A stretch of 64,000 nucleotides of DNA from Clostridiales bacterium (lineage in GTDB: Bacteria; Bacillota; Clostridia; Caldicoprobacterales; UBA3941), in contig JAAYRX010000220.1 of the NCBI GenBank assembly GCA_012518535.1, positions 23,510 to 87,509 on the forward strand. Reading direction: 5' to 3'. Below the pieces are notes generated by a model. That model ran no database searches, was not told the DNA's origin, and saw only the letters and a list, made by a program, of their open reading frames with translations. Position 1 is the stretch's first letter. Each line of letters starts with the position of its first letter. Below are positions 61,137 through 64,000 of the stretch, in pieces. Position numbers and translations under genes: made by a program.

Positions 61137-61724
61137 ATGAAAAGGATACTTATATTATCATTGGCCTTACTCTTATTACTTGCTGCTTGTAGTAAGGGCG
61201 GAAACACAGCCGGGGATGTTACTGGAGACATGCCTGTTGATGGCAATAAAGATAATTCACAGGATGTTCAAGAGGGTCAGAATCCAGACAATAACCAGGA
61301 AAATCAGGAAGTTAATGAAGAAAAAGGATATGAATTTGTATTTGATGGCGTAACCATAGCGATGCATTCCAAAATGGAACTCATCCTTGAGAAATTGGGT
61401 GAGCCCATGGAGTACTTTGAAGCAGAAAGTTGTGCTTTACCCGGTATGGAGAAAATTTATAGCTATAGTGGTTTTGAAATACTCACCTATGAGAAAGAGG
61501 GAGTTGACCATGTATTGTCAGTGGTGATTCTGGACGATAGCGTTTCAACCAAAGAAGGAGTCTACCTATATTCCAATCTTAATAGTTTGATAGAAATCTA
61601 TGGTGATGATTATACTAAAGAACTCAACACCTATAAATACGAATCAGGTCAATCTCAATTGGTATTTTTGGTAGAGGACGAAGAGGTAACGTCCATTGAG
61701 TATTTAGCGAATATGGAAAAATAA
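61137..61724 (+). CDS. hypothetical lipoprotein
   Basis: Lipobox LLAACS, an acidic Asn/Gln-rich linker and an unassigned C-terminal domain. Confidence 0.6.
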   Translation: MKRILILSLALLLLLAACSKGGNTAGDVTGDMPVDGNKDNSQDVQEGQNPDNNQENQEVNEEKGYEFVFDGVTIAMHSKMELILEKLGEPMEYFEAESCALPGMEKIYSYSGFEILTYEKEGVDHVLSVVILDDSVSTKEGVYLYSNLNSLIEIYGDDYTKELNTYKYESGQSQLVFLVEDEEVTSIEYLANMEK

Positions 61725-61757
61725 GTTATAGGTATGTCCCTTAATGACTATAAGAGT

Positions 61758-61789
61758 AACCCCTATCTATGGAAAAGGGGTTTTTTTTT
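61758..61789 (+). terminator. rho-independent terminator of the Dlt-like cluster
   Basis: AACCCCT / AGGGGTT stem followed by a T9 run. Confidence 0.8.
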
Positions 61790-61906
61790 GGTTAAACTTG
61801 ATTTTTCCGACAAAATGTGCTTTAATTATGTAAAGTGCTTTACAATTCTATAAAGAAAATTTCATAGAATTGTAATAGTAGATAAATATTAAAAGGGGGT
61901 GAAGAT

Positions 61907-64000
61907 GTGTCAAGGAGAATGACAACAAGGGTATTTATTTTCAGTTTGATAACCTTGATATTCTTAGGGCAAGTTCTGTTACCAAACAATCAACTAAATG
62001 CCGCATCCTCTACTATTACTCAAACCTTGCGTCAGGGCAGTAGGGGCGGCCAGGTGAAGATCCTACAGGAAAAGCTGAATTCCCTAGGGTTTAATGCAGG
62101 TAAAGTGGACGGATCCTTTGGACCAAAAACAAGGGCCGCGGTACTTGCATTTCAGAAAGCTCACGGTTTGGCAAGAGATGGAGTAGTAGGTCCCGCAACA
62201 AGGGCAAAGCTAAATTCAATTACACAGGCTGAACCTAAGCAAAAAGATACAAAACCAGGGGTGCAAAATTCGGACTCATCACGCGGAAACAGTTTACCAA
62301 AAGTTACAACAACCCTAAGACGAGGCAGTAAGGGGACCCAGGTAAAGTATTTACAGCAGAAACTTAACGCGCTAGGTTTCAATGTTGGGAAGGTGGACGG
62401 ATCCTTTGGTTCAAAGACCCTGGCAGGGGTTCGTGCCTTTCAAAAGGCCAACGGTCTTGCCGTAGATGGGGTAGTAGGTCCTGCCACGAGGGCAAAGCTT
62501 AATTCAATTACACCAACTAAGCCTAAGCAGGAAGATCCAAAACCTGAAGACCCAAAGCCTGAAGATCCGAAGCCGGAGACTCCACCTAAAAATGAAATAC
62601 CGCCCGTTACCCAGACTCTAAGACGAGGCAGTAAGGGGACCCAGGTAAAGTATTTACAGCAGAAACTTAACGCATTAGGTTTCAATGTTGGGAAGGTGGA
62701 CGGCTCCTTTGGTTCAAAGACCCTGGCAGGGGTTCGAGCCTTTCAAAAGGCTAAAGGTCTTGCCGTGGATGGGGTAGTAGGTCCGGCCACAAGGGCAAAG
62801 CTTAATTCAATTACAACAACTAAACCTAAGCAGGAAGACCCAAAAGCCGAAGATCCGAAGCCTAAAGATCCAAAGCCGGAGACTCCACCCAAAAATGAAA
62901 TACCGCCCGTTACCCAGACTCTGAGACGAGGCAGTAAGGGGACCCAGGTAAAGTACCTGCAGCAGAAACTCAATGCACTAGGCTTTAACGTAGGAGAGGT
63001 GGACGGCTCCTTTGGTTCAAAGACCCTGGCAGGGGTTCGTGCCTTTCAAAAGGCCAACGGTCTTGCCGTAGATGGGGTAGTGGGTCCTGCCACGAGGGCA
63101 AAGCTTAATTCAATTACACCAACTAAGCCTAAGCAGGAAGATCCAAAACCTGAAGACCCAAAGCCCGAAGATCCGAAGCCTAAAGATCCAAAGCCCGAAG
63201 ATCCAAAGCCCGAAGATCCAAAGCCGGAGACTCCACCCAAAAATGAAATACCACCTGTTACTCAGACCCTACGTAAGGGAGATAAGGGTACCCAGGTGAA
63301 GTACTTACAGGAAAAGCTGAATTACTTGGGATTTGATGTGGGTGAAGTAGATGGTTCCTTTGGCTCAAAAACATTAGCCGGTGTCCTTGCTTTTCAAGGG
63401 GCTTATGGTTTGGACAGAGATGGAGTAGTAGGTCCGGCCACAAGGGCAAAGCTCAACTCTGCAACGCCGGATACGTTACCGAAAGAACCTGAATATAAAG
63501 AATTTATGCCGGCTAAAGGTCAACTTTCGGGTAAAACTATAATTCTGGATCCCGGCCACGGTGGTGCCGATTCTGGAGCGGCTTGGAACGGTAACCTGGA
63601 AAAGAATTTTAATCTTGATATGGCCTTGAGGCTCAAACGTATGTTGGAGCATGCCGGTGCTAAGGTCCTTATGACCAGAACAAAAGATGAATACTCATAT
63701 CTCTACTATAGGTCAGCTTTTGTCAATAAATACATAGTAGATCTGGAAATAAAGGATCAGGAAGCTCAAAAGAAGGCATTGACAGATGAAATGGATGACA
63801 AGACCGCTGAATCCCTAGCTAAGGGCAAAGAGTTGGATGCTAAGAAAGATGAGTTTATTATCATCCAAAATAGAATTAGCCAGCTCCAACTGGAGATACA
63901 GGCCAAAGAGGCCGACCTTGCAGGTGCCGAGGCCAATTTAGGACAGCTAAATGATGAATTAGATGTCTTGATTTCACAGATGAACGATATGGGCTATGAC
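61907..64000 (+). CDS. N-acetylmuramoyl-L-alanine amidase (Amidase_3) with five PG_binding_1 repeats; 3-prime end outside window
   Basis: Absent from the ORF track because it has no stop in the window. GTG 61907 lies 7 nt after GGGGG. Signal peptide. Five LRxGSxGxxVKxLQxKLNxLGF..DGxFGxKT..AVxxFQ units. Amidase start ILDPGHGGADSGA. Confidence 0.85.
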   Translation, partial: MSRRMTTRVFIFSLITLIFLGQVLLPNNQLNAASSTITQTLRQGSRGGQVKILQEKLNSLGFNAGKVDGSFGPKTRAAVLAFQKAHGLARDGVVGPATRAKLNSITQAEPKQKDTKPGVQNSDSSRGNSLPKVTTTLRRGSKGTQVKYLQQKLNALGFNVGKVDGSFGSKTLAGVRAFQKANGLAVDGVVGPATRAKLNSITPTKPKQEDPKPEDPKPEDPKPETPPKNEIPPVTQTLRRGSKGTQVKYLQQKLNALGFNVGKVDGSFGSKTLAGVRAFQKAKGLAVDGVVGPATRAKLNSITTTKPKQEDPKAEDPKPKDPKPETPPKNEIPPVTQTLRRGSKGTQVKYLQQKLNALGFNVGEVDGSFGSKTLAGVRAFQKANGLAVDGVVGPATRAKLNSITPTKPKQEDPKPEDPKPEDPKPKDPKPEDPKPEDPKPETPPKNEIPPVTQTLRKGDKGTQVKYLQEKLNYLGFDVGEVDGSFGSKTLAGVLAFQGAYGLDRDGVVGPATRAKLNSATPDTLPKEPEYKEFMPAKGQLSGKTIILDPGHGGADSGAAWNGNLEKNFNLDMALRLKRMLEHAGAKVLMTRTKDEYSYLYYRSAFVNKYIVDLEIKDQEAQKKALTDEMDDKTAESLAKGKELDAKKDEFIIIQNRISQLQLEIQAKEADLAGAEANLGQLNDELDVLISQMNDMGYD
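62318..63226 (+). repeat. three tandem ~303-nt near-identical coding repeats (PG-binding domain plus Pro-rich linker)
   Basis: AGACGAGGCAGTAAGGGGACCCAGGTAAAGTA recurs at 62318, 62621 and 62924. By eye roughly nine of ten positions are identical between units. Flanking copies 1 and 5 are more diverged. Confidence 0.85.
63137..63226 (+). repeat. 15-nt tandem repeat encoding (EDPKP)n linker
   Basis: Six consecutive GAAGATCCAAAGCCC-like units here, versus three in the equivalent linkers at about 62537 and 62840. Confidence 0.85.

Noticed and set aside
62161-63449. Series of minus-strand ORFs (62161-62382, 62440-62685, 62743-62973, 63046-63240, 63258-63449) with repetitive GFGSSGFGSS-type translations.
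   Set aside because: They are antisense shadows of the repeated PG-binding and Pro-rich linker modules. The + strand carries one continuous frame from 61907 to the window end with clear domain motifs. The track omits it only because it has no stop in the window.

Overview
This 64-kb window looks like core chromosome from an anaerobic, Clostridia-like Firmicute. It is about 40% GC by eye, and almost all genes are on the + strand. All calls rest on motifs read from the translations; no database search or computation was run.

Gene content in order:
- 3-prime end of polA, coaE, an SLT transglycosylase, a family-5 solute-binding lipoprotein and tRNA-Leu(GAG).
- A split TSUP/TauE pair, then rnfCDGEAB followed by a translationally coupled orphan beta-class DNA methyltransferase.
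- An aldo/keto reductase, an M16 peptidase pair, lgt, pncB, a patatin-like lipase, a split ChrA pair and an AnSME-type radical SAM enzyme.
- CIRCE-controlled groES-groEL on the minus strand, and a dCMP deaminase.
- A five-gene HydS-like sensory module directly upstream of a five-gene bifurcating-type [FeFe]-hydrogenase operon.
- A roughly 1.8-kb GC-richer eroded mobile-element remnant.
- ParE/ParC-type topoisomerase genes, a PdaB-like deacetylase and yerC-pcrA-ligA.
- Two paralogous transglutaminase/Ig-like membrane proteins.
- A Dlt-like aminoacyl-esterification cluster that begins with its own Asp/Glu-type racemase.
- A multi-repeat PG-binding amidase that runs off the window.

I saw no CRISPR array, rRNA, intact transposase or recognisable defence system.

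Best candidates for a second look:
1. The DRTGG / GHKL-kinase / HydS-like / DRTGG / PHP module next to the hydrogenase (32298-35596).
2. The racemase-led Dlt-like locus (55884-61724).
3. The decayed foreign insert between hydA and parE (41005-42800).
4. The repeat-rich amidase, which has a coiled-coil insertion in its catalytic domain (61907-64000).
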